Of a DNA stretch of 30,315 nt, positions 1 to 9,516 are shown piece by piece. Within the stretch, counting starts at the first letter, position 1. Each line of letters starts with the position of its first letter. A model generated the notes under the pieces. It was not told where the DNA came from and did no database searches. It was given only the letters and a program-made list of their open reading frames with translations. The stretch spans positions 1 through 30,315 of the forward strand of contig CANFLJ010000001.1 of assembly GCA_947447815.1 (NCBI GenBank), given 5' to 3'. The position numbers and the translations under genes were made by a program. This DNA is from Chitinophagaceae bacterium. GTDB lineage: Bacteria; Bacteroidota; Bacteroidia; Chitinophagales; Chitinophagaceae.

Positions 1-212
1 ACAACAAGAAAAAATACACGGGGATATACATTTTTGTTTGACTGTAAGTCCTCATCATTTTACCACCGTGTAGTTACGTTCTATCGGTTGGTTTTCTGTA
101 CTCATACAAGTAAAGAAATCTTGATGTTAACGATGCAAATGTAAAAGGTACAGAATGATATAACCAAATAAAGAGATGAATTTATATTTAGTTTTTAATT
201 TATCTATAAGCC

Positions 213-337
213 TTGTATTTATTTTTAATTGGTATTAGCATTGGCTGTTCCTGTATTCATTATCAAATTTTCAAATTTTCAAATCATCAAATTTGTATCC
301 TGCCTCCATGCATTTGTATTCATTTTTAATTTTTAAT
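213..337 (-). repeat. AATACA/TGTATT-delimited modular intergenic repeat cluster A
   Basis: TGTATT-separated blocks: (g)gctgttcc, cattatcaaattttcaaattttcaaatcatcaaatt, ctgcctc, catttttaatttttaat. The same blocks recur at other loci. Confidence 0.85.
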
Positions 338-475
338 GTTGTTGTTGAACAAAAACAATTTGAGGAGTTACAAAAAATAGCTGCTTCAAAGATTAGTCCT
401 CAAAAAAAGATCACCATTACTCAGGGTAAGGCTCATGCAAATAAAATGATAGCAGAATGGGCAAAAGGAAAGTAA
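338..475 (+). pseudogene. Possible C-terminal remnant of a small protein
   Basis: EQKQFEELQKIAASKISPQKKITITQGKAHANKMIAEWAKGK* reads like natural protein, but its 5' part runs into repeat cluster A with no convincing start. Confidence 0.25.
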
Positions 476-517
476 ATATCATAGAACAAGACTCAACTTC
501 AACGCTACCACTGCTAC

Positions 518-575
518 TTTATAAATCATCTATGCGAAGATTTGCATCATAGCTTGCGGACTTCTGTTTATAATA
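518..575 (-). repeat. Degenerate fragment of the structured element at 10880-11083
   Basis: tttataaatcatctatgcgaagatttgcatcatagc resembles the reverse complement of about 11010-11046 (tttatagataatctatgcgaagaattgcctcatagc). Confidence 0.7.
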
Positions 576-652
576 CATAAATATTACCAGAATTTTAGTG
601 CTATTGAAATAGAATTAAAACATATATTTTTGTTTGCTACAAGTTTAAAAGT

Positions 653-1324
653 ATGAATTTGAAAGTTTTTATCTCTACCCTTTTGTTATTTTTTGCTACC
701 TATTCTGTATTAGCTCAAAATAAGTACAATCAAAAAATTGATGGAATAATGTCAATAGACTTCCCTTCAAAACCCTTATCTGTAGAAAATACATATGAAT
801 CGGAATATTATCTGGATACTAAAGAATATAACCGATATGATTTTTTGATTGTTAAACTTGACTCTACTTTAGGCACCCCTACTCTTGCTAACTTAGACAT
901 AGTATATAAAGGATTTATTGATGGTGTATTAAATAAATTTAAAGGCAATCTTATATCACAAAAAAATATTGAGAAAGGGGGGTTAAAAGGGGTAGAATTA
1001 GAATTAACCACATTAATTAATAATGGGATATCTTATAACATATTTATCAGAGCATTTTTAATTAATAAAAAAATTTATAATGCTTCGTTCTGCTGTATGA
1101 CTGTTAATAAAATTAGGTTTATATCGGATAAAGACAACTACTTCAATTCTTTTAAAATACTGGTTCCCGAGAATACAATTATTCAATATAAATTAGATTC
1201 AAAGGGGGGATTTAAGAACTTGCTATTTCTTATTACACAGGCTTTAATAGGTTTCTTTCTCTTGGGAGGTATTGCTTATGCATTTAGTAAACTAGTAAAA
1301 TGGGTTATCAATTTATTAAAATAA
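653..1324 (+). CDS. Hypothetical exported protein with C-terminal membrane anchor
   Basis: 223-aa ORF with an N-terminal signal peptide (MNLKVFISTLLLFFATYSVLAQ) and a hydrophobic C-terminal helix. TATTTTTG (-7-like) at 625-632. Confidence 0.75.
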   Translation: MNLKVFISTLLLFFATYSVLAQNKYNQKIDGIMSIDFPSKPLSVENTYESEYYLDTKEYNRYDFLIVKLDSTLGTPTLANLDIVYKGFIDGVLNKFKGNLISQKNIEKGGLKGVELELTTLINNGISYNIFIRAFLINKKIYNASFCCMTVNKIRFISDKDNYFNSFKILVPENTIIQYKLDSKGGFKNLLFLITQALIGFFLLGGIAYAFSKLVKWVINLLK

Positions 1325-1334
1325 AAATGGGCAA

Positions 1335-1973
1335 TTAGAGGCTGTCTGTCTTTGTTTCTAATTCTTCTTTTGAGGAGGCGTTTTCCTGTTCCAGTATTTC
1401 TATAATTTCTTTGTATTTGTCGCAATTGTTGAGGGCTTTAAAAAAGCGGATTGCTCCAAATATAATTGCACCCCATGCCACTACGTAGGTTCCTCCACTG
1501 GTGGATACAGCGGAATAGGTAACGAAGGTTATTGCCAAACCTGCGGCACATACAAGTAATCCTCTTAGTTTGTCTGCTTCGTGCGATGCTAAGATATCTT
1601 TTGCTTTAGCTTCCATGGAGGATATCATGAGGGTGGCAGAATCTTTGTCTATTTCTCTTTGCAACAGTCCATTATATATTTCTTCGTTTGTGCTGCCGTT
1701 TCTTTTTTCATCAAAGATATAATTCCAGGTTGGGGCTTGCTGTTCGTTGGTTTCTGCTTCATTTATCCTTTCCTGATTTTCTTTCCGGTCTTCTTCTTTT
1801 ATATCTTCTACCGTACCAAATACATCGGTATTGAGATTGCGATCTATAAATTCTTCGTGCAATATGGTGAGGGCTTCTGCCGATAATTCATTTCCTTCTG
1901 TTTTGGCTAGATGAATTAACTGCTCATCGGACATTTGTTTGTAGTTGTCTTTTATTAAAGAGGGATCGAACAT
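1335..1973 (-). CDS. Hypothetical membrane protein (two C-terminal TM helices)
   Basis: 212 aa; acidic helical N-terminus, then LLVCAAGLAITFVTY and TYVVAWGAIIFGAIRFF hydrophobic segments. TATATTTG on the minus strand at 2012-2019. Confidence 0.8.
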   Translation of the reverse strand: MFDPSLIKDNYKQMSDEQLIHLAKTEGNELSAEALTILHEEFIDRNLNTDVFGTVEDIKEEDRKENQERINEAETNEQQAPTWNYIFDEKRNGSTNEEIYNGLLQREIDKDSATLMISSMEAKAKDILASHEADKLRGLLVCAAGLAITFVTYSAVSTSGGTYVVAWGAIIFGAIRFFKALNNCDKYKEIIEILEQENASSKEELETKTDSL

Positions 1974-2030
1974 AGTATTTGATTGAAGGTTTTAGATAAA
2001 AATTTGCGTTTCAAATATAGGAAAAGAGGG

Positions 2031-2165
2031 AATACAAATGTGATAATTTGATGATTTGAAAATTTGATAATGAATGCAAATACAAGGCAAGAAGGCAACG
2101 AGTAATACAAATGTGATAATTTAATAATTTGAAAATTTGATAATGAATGCAAATACAGGGAACAG
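2031..2165 (+). repeat. AATACA-delimited modular repeat cluster B
   Basis: Two near-identical aatacaaatgtgataattt(g/a)at(g/a)atttgaaaatttgataatgaatgcaaataca blocks separated by aggcaagaaggcaacgagt. Confidence 0.9.
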
Positions 2166-2185
2166 GCTTTACGTATTGGATTTAT

Positions 2186-2275
2186 AACCCTGGAAGGGTT
2201 AAATATTTATAGCCCGTGGTTTAAACCACGGGTTGAAAAATGACCCCCCTACCACCTACGACCCCAACGGTGTCG
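2186..2275. repeat. Composite REP-like palindrome unit 1
   Basis: AACCC-n5-GGGTT hairpin (2186-2200), perfect 20-bp palindrome CCCGTGGTTTAAACCACGGG (2213-2232), CGACCCCAACGGTGTCG (2259-2275). Confidence 0.75.
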
Positions 2276-2336
2276 AACTTGCTTTTTCTTTTATAGATCA
2301 TCCTTAATTAATAAATTGACCTCTCATGCTGTCTCT

Positions 2337-2481
2337 CTGTATTCATTTTTAATTTTTAATTTGTATTTGTATTGCCGTTCCAGCATTCATTATCAAATCT
2401 TCAAATCATCAAATTATCAAATTTGTATCCTGCCTCTGTATCAAATTGCCTTTCCCTTCTATCGGTTTTGCAATACAAATA
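2337..2481 (-). repeat. AATACA/TGTATT-delimited modular repeat cluster C
   Basis: tgtatt-cattttttaatttttaatt-tgtatt-tgtatt-gccgttcc...cattatcaaatcttcaaatcatcaaattatcaaatt-tgtatc-ctgcctc-tgtatc. Confidence 0.85.
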
Positions 2482-2597
2482 CATCGCTCCTCCCGTCAGC
2501 ACGCTCCTAAGTAGCATCTCCAGTCTATCAGGAAAATCAAAAGGCGCGTCAGACGGGTACTCCAACATCATCAATAAAAACACATCAATTGTATTAC

Positions 2598-2701
2598 AAC
2601 CCAGCATGGGTTCAACATCAATAGCCATAGGTGAAACCTATGGGGAATGGTGAAACCTATGGAAAATATAAATCAGGAATTTCCGACCCCGAATGGGGTC
2701 G
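2598..2701. repeat. Composite REP-like palindrome unit 2
   Basis: AACCC-n5-GGGTT (2598-2612), ATAG-CCATAGGT-GAA-ACCTATGG (hairpin 2625-2643), CGACCCC-GAAT-GGGGTCG (2684-2701). Same layout as unit 1. Confidence 0.75.
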
Positions 2702-2715
2702 AATGAAAATTATGA

Positions 2716-4695
2716 TTATTCTAAAACATAAATTCCAATTGAAACTAAATAATTATAAGTAGAATTATAATAATCAGGGTTTCTTGTTGGGTCTTCAATA
2801 TCACCAAAAGGAACAACTATAACCATTCCTTGTCTTGCCCTTGTTAATAAAACTCTATAGGCATTTAATAGATATTTCTTTCTTTCGATCTTATGAATAT
2901 TCTGCCATTTATTTCCTACAAATGAAAATGTTTTCCATTCATTTTCTGAATATCTAAAATCTCCATCCCAAGTTACACAAGCCCAGTCAAGTTCTAATCC
3001 TTGAACCTGAAATTCAGTGGCAACATCTTCTAAATAATAAGACGATCTTACATCATCTTTATCATCTAAAAACCAGTTAACAGGATTCATAGGTGACTTT
3101 ACATCTATAGCTAATGGTTTCAATCTTTGAGCTTGAGACGAAACGACTATTCCATAGCGTTCATTACCTCTTGCTTTTTCTTTCAACCAAAGCTTTGCTT
3201 TAGTTAAGTCTCTAGTAATAACAATAGGATATTTTTTGTTGATTAAAGTAAATGTGTTCTTTGCGTTTACAATATCTAAATCTAAAATTTGTTTTACAAA
3301 TAGCGACACATTTTCAGCTCTATAAGATCGCATCGAAACGGCAAGATGTAAGTTCTCATCAAAATTGGTTATACATCTTTCTGTTATCTTATCAATGGAA
3401 GTTAAAGCATCATATTCTTTATCAGTAAGATTAGGAGAAATATGAACTTCCCAATGTGGAAATGAATCATAAATTGCATTCAGCCATTCTGAGATACCAG
3501 CTTCCCCTGTATTTATTTCTTGGCCACCTCCTACCAAGCATACAATTAATGCCCAATCTTTATGTCTATCTAAACAAGATATTAAGAATTCTGGTTCTGA
3601 ATAATGGAAATTAGGTTGATTCTTTTTTCGTCTCATGAAATCTATTGTCTGCTCTTTATTCCATGCTCTTTGCGCTTCATCAAAAATTGCTACATGATCA
3701 TATGGTTCTTTGGGGTCAGATAAATATGCATCTCTATAGTGATGAATAATTTGAATAAATGCTTTAACCCCTTCTCTTGCTGAACCTTTTGTAATTTTAT
3801 TGCCTTTCTCTTTTTCTCTTTTTACTTTATCCCTTGTTAATGCTTCTTGCAGAATAGCAACTAACGGCGCATTTCCTGAAAGAAATACACTTGAATTTCC
3901 TTTAGTTCTATCTAAATGAGTAGTTGCTACTTTTAATCCTACCAATGTTTTACCTGCTCCAGGTACGCCTGTTACAAAACAGATAACCTTTTTCTTAAAC
4001 TCTTTTGCATACTCTATTGTGTCAGAAATCGAATTGGTTGTTTTACTTAAATTTTTTGCTTCTGCATCGTTTCTAGTAATCTCTTCAACAGAATGTTCAT
4101 TATATAAATTAACAGCAGCTTCTATTATTGTAGGAGTTGGTGAATAGCTACCAGAAATAAATTGGTTGCCATCTATTTCTATTTTATTTGAAAAGAAAGT
4201 AACAGTATTCTGTATGACATTTTTAATTCCTAATTTATTCGTTTTTATTGGGATTATTAAGTTGTCTTTGTGTGATGTTGTAAAGATATTGATGGCAAAT
4301 TCATCAGCTTCTGTTGCAATTAAAATTGGAACTATAACTGCATCATGACTAGGTTTATGAAAGTTCTTCAAATCAAGTGCATAATCCCAAACCTGATTTA
4401 TGTTATGACTTAGATATTCTGTTTCTCCTACTTTAAATTCTAATACAAAGACGACATTTTCAATTACAAGTAAACAATCAATTCTTTTACCCATTCTTGG
4501 AATTGAAAACTCAAAGAAAATATTTCCACTAAACCCTTGTAGTTGATTTTTTAAAATAACAATCTGCTGTTTCCAAGCTTCGGTAGTATTTAAGTTGGTA
4601 TCAAATGTATTAGCAAGTGTTATTTCACCTATTATTTCTTCAATTGATTTAATAAGAAAATTATCTATGGAGTCTTTATAATAAGCGTTTAGCAT
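2716..4695 (-). CDS. DUF2075 (Schlafen group-3-like helicase) protein with N-terminal PD-(D/E)xK-like domain
   Basis: 659 aa. Walker A GVPGAGKT, Walker B IFDEAQR, TEFQVQGLELD, NAYRVLLTRARQG. N-terminal GKRIDCLLVIENVVFVLEFK. Confidence 0.85.
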   Translation of the reverse strand: MLNAYYKDSIDNFLIKSIEEIIGEITLANTFDTNLNTTEAWKQQIVILKNQLQGFSGNIFFEFSIPRMGKRIDCLLVIENVVFVLEFKVGETEYLSHNINQVWDYALDLKNFHKPSHDAVIVPILIATEADEFAINIFTTSHKDNLIIPIKTNKLGIKNVIQNTVTFFSNKIEIDGNQFISGSYSPTPTIIEAAVNLYNEHSVEEITRNDAEAKNLSKTTNSISDTIEYAKEFKKKVICFVTGVPGAGKTLVGLKVATTHLDRTKGNSSVFLSGNAPLVAILQEALTRDKVKREKEKGNKITKGSAREGVKAFIQIIHHYRDAYLSDPKEPYDHVAIFDEAQRAWNKEQTIDFMRRKKNQPNFHYSEPEFLISCLDRHKDWALIVCLVGGGQEINTGEAGISEWLNAIYDSFPHWEVHISPNLTDKEYDALTSIDKITERCITNFDENLHLAVSMRSYRAENVSLFVKQILDLDIVNAKNTFTLINKKYPIVITRDLTKAKLWLKEKARGNERYGIVVSSQAQRLKPLAIDVKSPMNPVNWFLDDKDDVRSSYYLEDVATEFQVQGLELDWACVTWDGDFRYSENEWKTFSFVGNKWQNIHKIERKKYLLNAYRVLLTRARQGMVIVVPFGDIEDPTRNPDYYNSTYNYLVSIGIYVLE

Positions 4696-7600
4696 TTATT
4701 GTTTATTTAAAGTATTAGTTCTTTCGAATGTTATTTCTGGCAAAATGATTAGTATTTCATTTTCAACATTTTCTTTTTTCCAGTAGATTATAAAATCAAT
4801 TTTCACTTCTTTTATATAAAACCCTTTAGCATTCATATCATTTATATAACCTTGAAACTGAGTTGAAAATTTAAGAATGCTATGACCCTTTTCTGTAACG
4901 CATTCTTGATTTTTATATATTAATCTATCACCGCCTTTTAAATTTTTTATTACCCATTGTTTATTTATGAAGTAATCTAACCACACGTCTTTATAGGATA
5001 CTTGTTTTAATATTTCTAAAGGTAGTGGATGGATGTTATTATTATTTTCAACTTTAATATTTTCAACTAAAATATTATCTAAATAATTGCCATTTAAATG
5101 TATTGTTAGATTTTGTTTTGCCCTTGTCATAGCTACATATAATAGGCGCTTATTTATATCAGTAGAGGTTGAATAATTATCTAGCAATAAAAATACATTA
5201 TCAAATTCTTTTCCTTTTGATTTATGAATAGTTGAAACAAATATTATATCGCCATTTGAATTAATAAAATCTTCAAGTTTTGATTCTCTTATATATATAT
5301 CAAGATCTGATTTGTATTTTCTTTTATTATTTGTAATTTCAAAATCTCTAATAATATTCAAACAAGTTTCATAATTAGTACTATTGAAGTATTTCTCTTT
5401 TAATTGTTTTTTAGCTTCAGCCCAATTTTCTTCATCTATAGTGAAAGTATTTTCTTCAAGTTTCAAAGCATGTATAAAAAATCTAATTTCTAAAAGATTC
5501 AGTAAATTAAAATTGTCATTTGTTTGAATTAGTTTGGCTTGATGTCCGTGTTTCAGAAGTAACCCAGTTACCTGTGCTGCTTCGTCGTTAGAGTGTGTAA
5601 GTATACATGTACTTCCTCTTAATTCAGTTGCAACTACATCTTTAACTAATGGTAAGATTAAGTTTGTATTTTTATATTTTACAATTTTAACATTGCCATT
5701 TTCTTCCATATTGGAAAAAACGGGAGTTTGTTTTAATCTATGACTAATTTGTTTAGCAAATTTTGTTGTGAATTCTACAAGATTTTTCTTACTTCTGAAA
5801 TTTTCGATCATTTCATAACTTACTGCCTTTTGCTCAATAATAAAATTTTCAAGATATTTAGAACTAGCTCCTCTAAACTCAAAAATATTTTGATCATCAT
5901 CTCCAACTGCAATAACTCTCATCTCTTCATTATTAGCAATTAATGTTTTAACTAATTCAAATTCGTTCCCATCCATATCCTGAGCTTCATCAATGACTAA
6001 GACATTTTTTGTAATGCCACTATGTTCTACTTCGCCATTCTTTATTTTTAAAATAGCATTTTCAATAATTTTACTTGATTTCTCTAGTGTTCCAACTTTT
6101 CCTAAGAGGTCAAAACAATATGAATGAAATGTTTTAATTTCAATAAAATTTGCAGCATTACCAATTAACTTAAGCAATCTTTTTTTAAATTCTGTTGCTG
6201 CACCCCTTGAAAATGTTACCATTAATAGCTGTTCATGTTTTACATCTTCCATTAACAATAAAGACGCTAGTTTATGAACTAATACCTTTGTTTTCCCACT
6301 ACCGGGTCCAGCAGCAACAACAATATATTTTGATTGAATATCATTGATTATTTTTAATTGTGTTGGAGACAATTCTCCAAATAGTTGTTTAAACTTAGAT
6401 GGTGTTATATTTCTAGTTATTTCACGTTGCTCATTTACATTAAAGTATTTTCCAAGAAAAGTTGAGTAGTTTAACTGAAAATAGTCATCTACAAACTTTA
6501 ATGCACTTGTATAATCTTCAATCATTTTTTTTGCATATGCACCAACAATATGAATTTGTTGGATTTTATTTTCATAAAATTTATTGAGATTTGTGTAATC
6601 TTCGTTTTTATATTGAATTTTATTATTATGTTCTAATCTCTCAATTGATAGTTTATTATATAACACTAAAAAACCACCTTCTATTTTAATTGCTTCAATT
6701 CTTGAAAGGAAAAACAATGCATTTTCTACATCTTCAATTGAAATATTTATTCTGAACAAAGATTGAGTTTTGTCATATTCCTCTTTAATTTCATGAACAG
6801 AAAATTCAATTAAAAATTCTTCTTTTTCATAATCTGTTTCTAAATATTCATTATTACATTTTTGAAATAATAAATCAACAATAAATCTTGCTAAAGTTTG
6901 TTGGCATTCCAATTTTTCCTGGAGTACTTTTTTAGGAACATTACTAATAATAACTATGTGATTCTTAGAATATTCTAAACTACTCTTTTTAACCCAGTTT
7001 TTGATTGCCCAAAAATTAAGTAAAGTTTTTATTTTGTTTGGTGTTACATCTTTACAGCCAAATTGTTCTATTTTTTCATTTAGTTCTTTAATATGAATTG
7101 TTTTTTCATTCTCATCAATTTCAGGTAATAAACTGTTTTCAATCTTTATAAAATTCTCTAATATATTTAGTGATTTGTTTTTCCCTTCTCCTCTTTTAAT
7201 AAATGCAGTTAAATCTTTAGTATCCGCTAATATTTTTTCTTCCCTTAATAAATTAATAACATTAATCACATCCTCTTTTACTATTCCTAAATGTTCGGAT
7301 ATATAATCAATTCTTGATTCAGCAACTTCGTCATTTGATTTACTTTTACTTTTACTTGAAAATAATTTTTTGATTATTCTTATTCCTTTTTCTTTTTGCT
7401 TTTCATCAAATTTATTAGAAGACATTATTTTTTCTATAGCTTCTTGTACATTTTTAGCTAATATACTTGAAGCATAAATTCTAGGCATATTTTGTCCTCT
7501 CTTAATATAACCTGCATCTTCTAACGCAGCAATAGCTGTTTTAACTCTTGTTTCAATCTCACCCAAAGAATCATCCCATCCAGCTTTCCTGGCAATCTCC

Positions 7601-9516
7601 AATGCTGAATTAGAAAATTTACCCTTAAACTTAGTAATGTCTTTTATTGCTTTCCATATTTGTTGAATCTCTTTTATACTAAGTTTTGTTTGATTAAGCA
7701 TTATAAAGTGTTTGCTTAAATCTTCTTCATCAAAAAGGACGTAACAATCAGCTGAAATATTTTCATCTCTACCGGCTCTCCCTGCTTCTTGTATATAATT
7801 CTCCAGTGAATCTGATATTTCATAATGAATTACCATTCTAACATCCTTCTTATCTACTCCCATACCAAAAGCAGAAGTAGCAACCATAATTTGTACATCT
7901 CCTTTAATAAATGCATTTTGGTTTGCTGTCTTTTCTTTCGAGTCCATTTTACCATGATATGGTTTTGCATTAAATCCATCATCACATAACCTTTTAGCTA
8001 ATAAAAATGCTTTACGAGTTCTGGATACATATACAATTGTTGGACAATTTTTTTCGTCAATTAAGTTTCTTGTAGTTAGGTATTTTTCTTCGTCTGTATT
8101 TTTGGGAATTACTTTATAATGTAGATTTGTTCTTGATGATTTAGAACTGAATAATTCAAGATCTAAATTCAATTTATCTCTAAAATATTTTTTGATATCT
8201 TCAATAACATTCTGTTTTGCAGTAGCTGTAAAACAGGATACTGGAATAGGTTCATTGAGATTCTTTTTTTCTTGAAGGTTATAAATAAAGTCTCCAATAT
8301 ACAAGTAATCTACTCTAAAATCTTGACCCCATGATGAAAAACAATGCGCTTCATCTATTACAAATCGTACAACATTTCGTCCTAATAGCAGTCGTTCAAT
8401 TGTTTTAGATCTAAGTGATTCAGGAGACAAATATAATAAGGAGGCAGAACCATCTTCAACTCTTTCGTAAGATTTTGCACGTTCTATTGGATCTAATAAT
8501 CCGTTAATCGTAACTGAGTCAGTTATTCCTCTGCTTTCTAAATTATCAACTTGATCTTTCATTAAAGATTGTAGAGGTGAAATTATAACAGTCAACCCTT
8601 TATTACATTCTCCTCTCATTAAAGCTGGTACTTGAAAGGTAATTGATTTTCCTCCTCCGGTAGGAAATACAGCCAATATAGATTTATTATTTATAGCTGC
8701 ATTTACTGCATTTTCTTGAAGGGGTTCATTTGAATATGTTCTATAATTTTCAAATCCAAAATACTTTTTTAGCCCTTTTTTTATATTTAATGATTCATTA
8801 CAATAATCACAACCAACTATACAAGGTTTACACCTTAATAAAAACATTACATTTTCTATATATGGATAGTTTTTAAGTACCCAAGGTGGAGTTATAGAAT
8901 ATCTATTGTTACACTCAATAAGTGCTAAGCAATATGCTAATTCAATTGGATTTGTTGAAACGATATTTGTGAGGTCAACACTATCACAAATTACAGATTT
9001 GAAATTGTGTTTTATTAAATTAGAAACATTTAATTCGTCGGTTTTGTAATTAATATATTTAAAAAAATATTTAAACTCTATTTGGTCTGATAACAATAAA
9101 AAGTAAATTTGTTTTAAGTATTCAGGTTTGTTCTTAAAAGACTCTAATTCTTCATAAAATAAATCTTTAGCTTTTATAGAATCGTTTAGAGGGTTGTTTA
9201 ATTCATCACTTTGTAATTTATCATCTTTTACAAGTTTGTGATAAGGTCTGGTAGGAAATAGTAATGGAGATAAGTATAAAGTATCTATAATATTATCTAA
9301 ATTTATGTCTCCAACATTTATTACTTTTTTTATATATTTAATGTCATGATTTAATACATTATGTCCACAAATAAATTGTTGCCCTTTTAAAAAATCAACA
9401 AATGCGTTTATTGATTTTGAATGAAAAAAAACGTATTCATCTTTAACAGCTCCTATATCTAAAATATGACCACTTTTAGGATCTATTTCCGTGTCAATAA
9501 ATGCTAATGAATTCAT
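4696..9516 (-). CDS. DEDD-exonuclease-like / RecQ (SF2) / UvrD-like (SF1) helicase fusion
   Basis: 1606 aa. Exonuclease-like: FIDTE, HNVLNHD, IDTL. RecQ: PTGGGKS, SPLQSLMKDQV, DEAHCFSSWGQDFR, TATA, ATSAFGMGVDK, QEAGRAGRD. UvrD: AGPGSGKT, DEAQD, VGDDDQNIFEFRG, NFRS, TIHKSKGKEFD, LYVAMTRAK. Confidence 0.92.
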   Translation of the reverse strand: MNSLAFIDTEIDPKSGHILDIGAVKDEYVFFHSKSINAFVDFLKGQQFICGHNVLNHDIKYIKKVINVGDINLDNIIDTLYLSPLLFPTRPYHKLVKDDKLQSDELNNPLNDSIKAKDLFYEELESFKNKPEYLKQIYFLLLSDQIEFKYFFKYINYKTDELNVSNLIKHNFKSVICDSVDLTNIVSTNPIELAYCLALIECNNRYSITPPWVLKNYPYIENVMFLLRCKPCIVGCDYCNESLNIKKGLKKYFGFENYRTYSNEPLQENAVNAAINNKSILAVFPTGGGKSITFQVPALMRGECNKGLTVIISPLQSLMKDQVDNLESRGITDSVTINGLLDPIERAKSYERVEDGSASLLYLSPESLRSKTIERLLLGRNVVRFVIDEAHCFSSWGQDFRVDYLYIGDFIYNLQEKKNLNEPIPVSCFTATAKQNVIEDIKKYFRDKLNLDLELFSSKSSRTNLHYKVIPKNTDEEKYLTTRNLIDEKNCPTIVYVSRTRKAFLLAKRLCDDGFNAKPYHGKMDSKEKTANQNAFIKGDVQIMVATSAFGMGVDKKDVRMVIHYEISDSLENYIQEAGRAGRDENISADCYVLFDEEDLSKHFIMLNQTKLSIKEIQQIWKAIKDITKFKGKFSNSALEIARKAGWDDSLGEIETRVKTAIAALEDAGYIKRGQNMPRIYASSILAKNVQEAIEKIMSSNKFDEKQKEKGIRIIKKLFSSKSKSKSNDEVAESRIDYISEHLGIVKEDVINVINLLREEKILADTKDLTAFIKRGEGKNKSLNILENFIKIENSLLPEIDENEKTIHIKELNEKIEQFGCKDVTPNKIKTLLNFWAIKNWVKKSSLEYSKNHIVIISNVPKKVLQEKLECQQTLARFIVDLLFQKCNNEYLETDYEKEEFLIEFSVHEIKEEYDKTQSLFRINISIEDVENALFFLSRIEAIKIEGGFLVLYNKLSIERLEHNNKIQYKNEDYTNLNKFYENKIQQIHIVGAYAKKMIEDYTSALKFVDDYFQLNYSTFLGKYFNVNEQREITRNITPSKFKQLFGELSPTQLKIINDIQSKYIVVAAGPGSGKTKVLVHKLASLLLMEDVKHEQLLMVTFSRGAATEFKKRLLKLIGNAANFIEIKTFHSYCFDLLGKVGTLEKSSKIIENAILKIKNGEVEHSGITKNVLVIDEAQDMDGNEFELVKTLIANNEEMRVIAVGDDDQNIFEFRGASSKYLENFIIEQKAVSYEMIENFRSKKNLVEFTTKFAKQISHRLKQTPVFSNMEENGNVKIVKYKNTNLILPLVKDVVATELRGSTCILTHSNDEAAQVTGLLLKHGHQAKLIQTNDNFNLLNLLEIRFFIHALKLEENTFTIDEENWAEAKKQLKEKYFNSTNYETCLNIIRDFEITNNKRKYKSDLDIYIRESKLEDFINSNGDIIFVSTIHKSKGKEFDNVFLLLDNYSTSTDINKRLLYVAMTRAKQNLTIHLNGNYLDNILVENIKVENNNNIHPLPLEILKQVSYKDVWLDYFINKQWVIKNLKGGDRLIYKNQECVTEKGHSILKFSTQFQGYINDMNAKGFYIKEVKIDFIIYWKKENVENEILIILPEITFERTNTLNKQ

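Noticed and set aside
55-105. 16-codon minus-strand ORF MSTENQPIERNYTVVK
   Set aside because: Too short and at the window edge; a leader peptide or frameshifted gene start cannot be judged.
1955-2653. Short ORFs 1955-2152, 2316-2510, 2372-2653, 2401-2628
   Set aside because: They are translations of repeat clusters and palindromes.
4696-9516. Assigning gene symbol recQ or uvrD
   Set aside because: The architecture (Exo plus two motors, no evident RQC/HRDC) is not that of either canonical gene.
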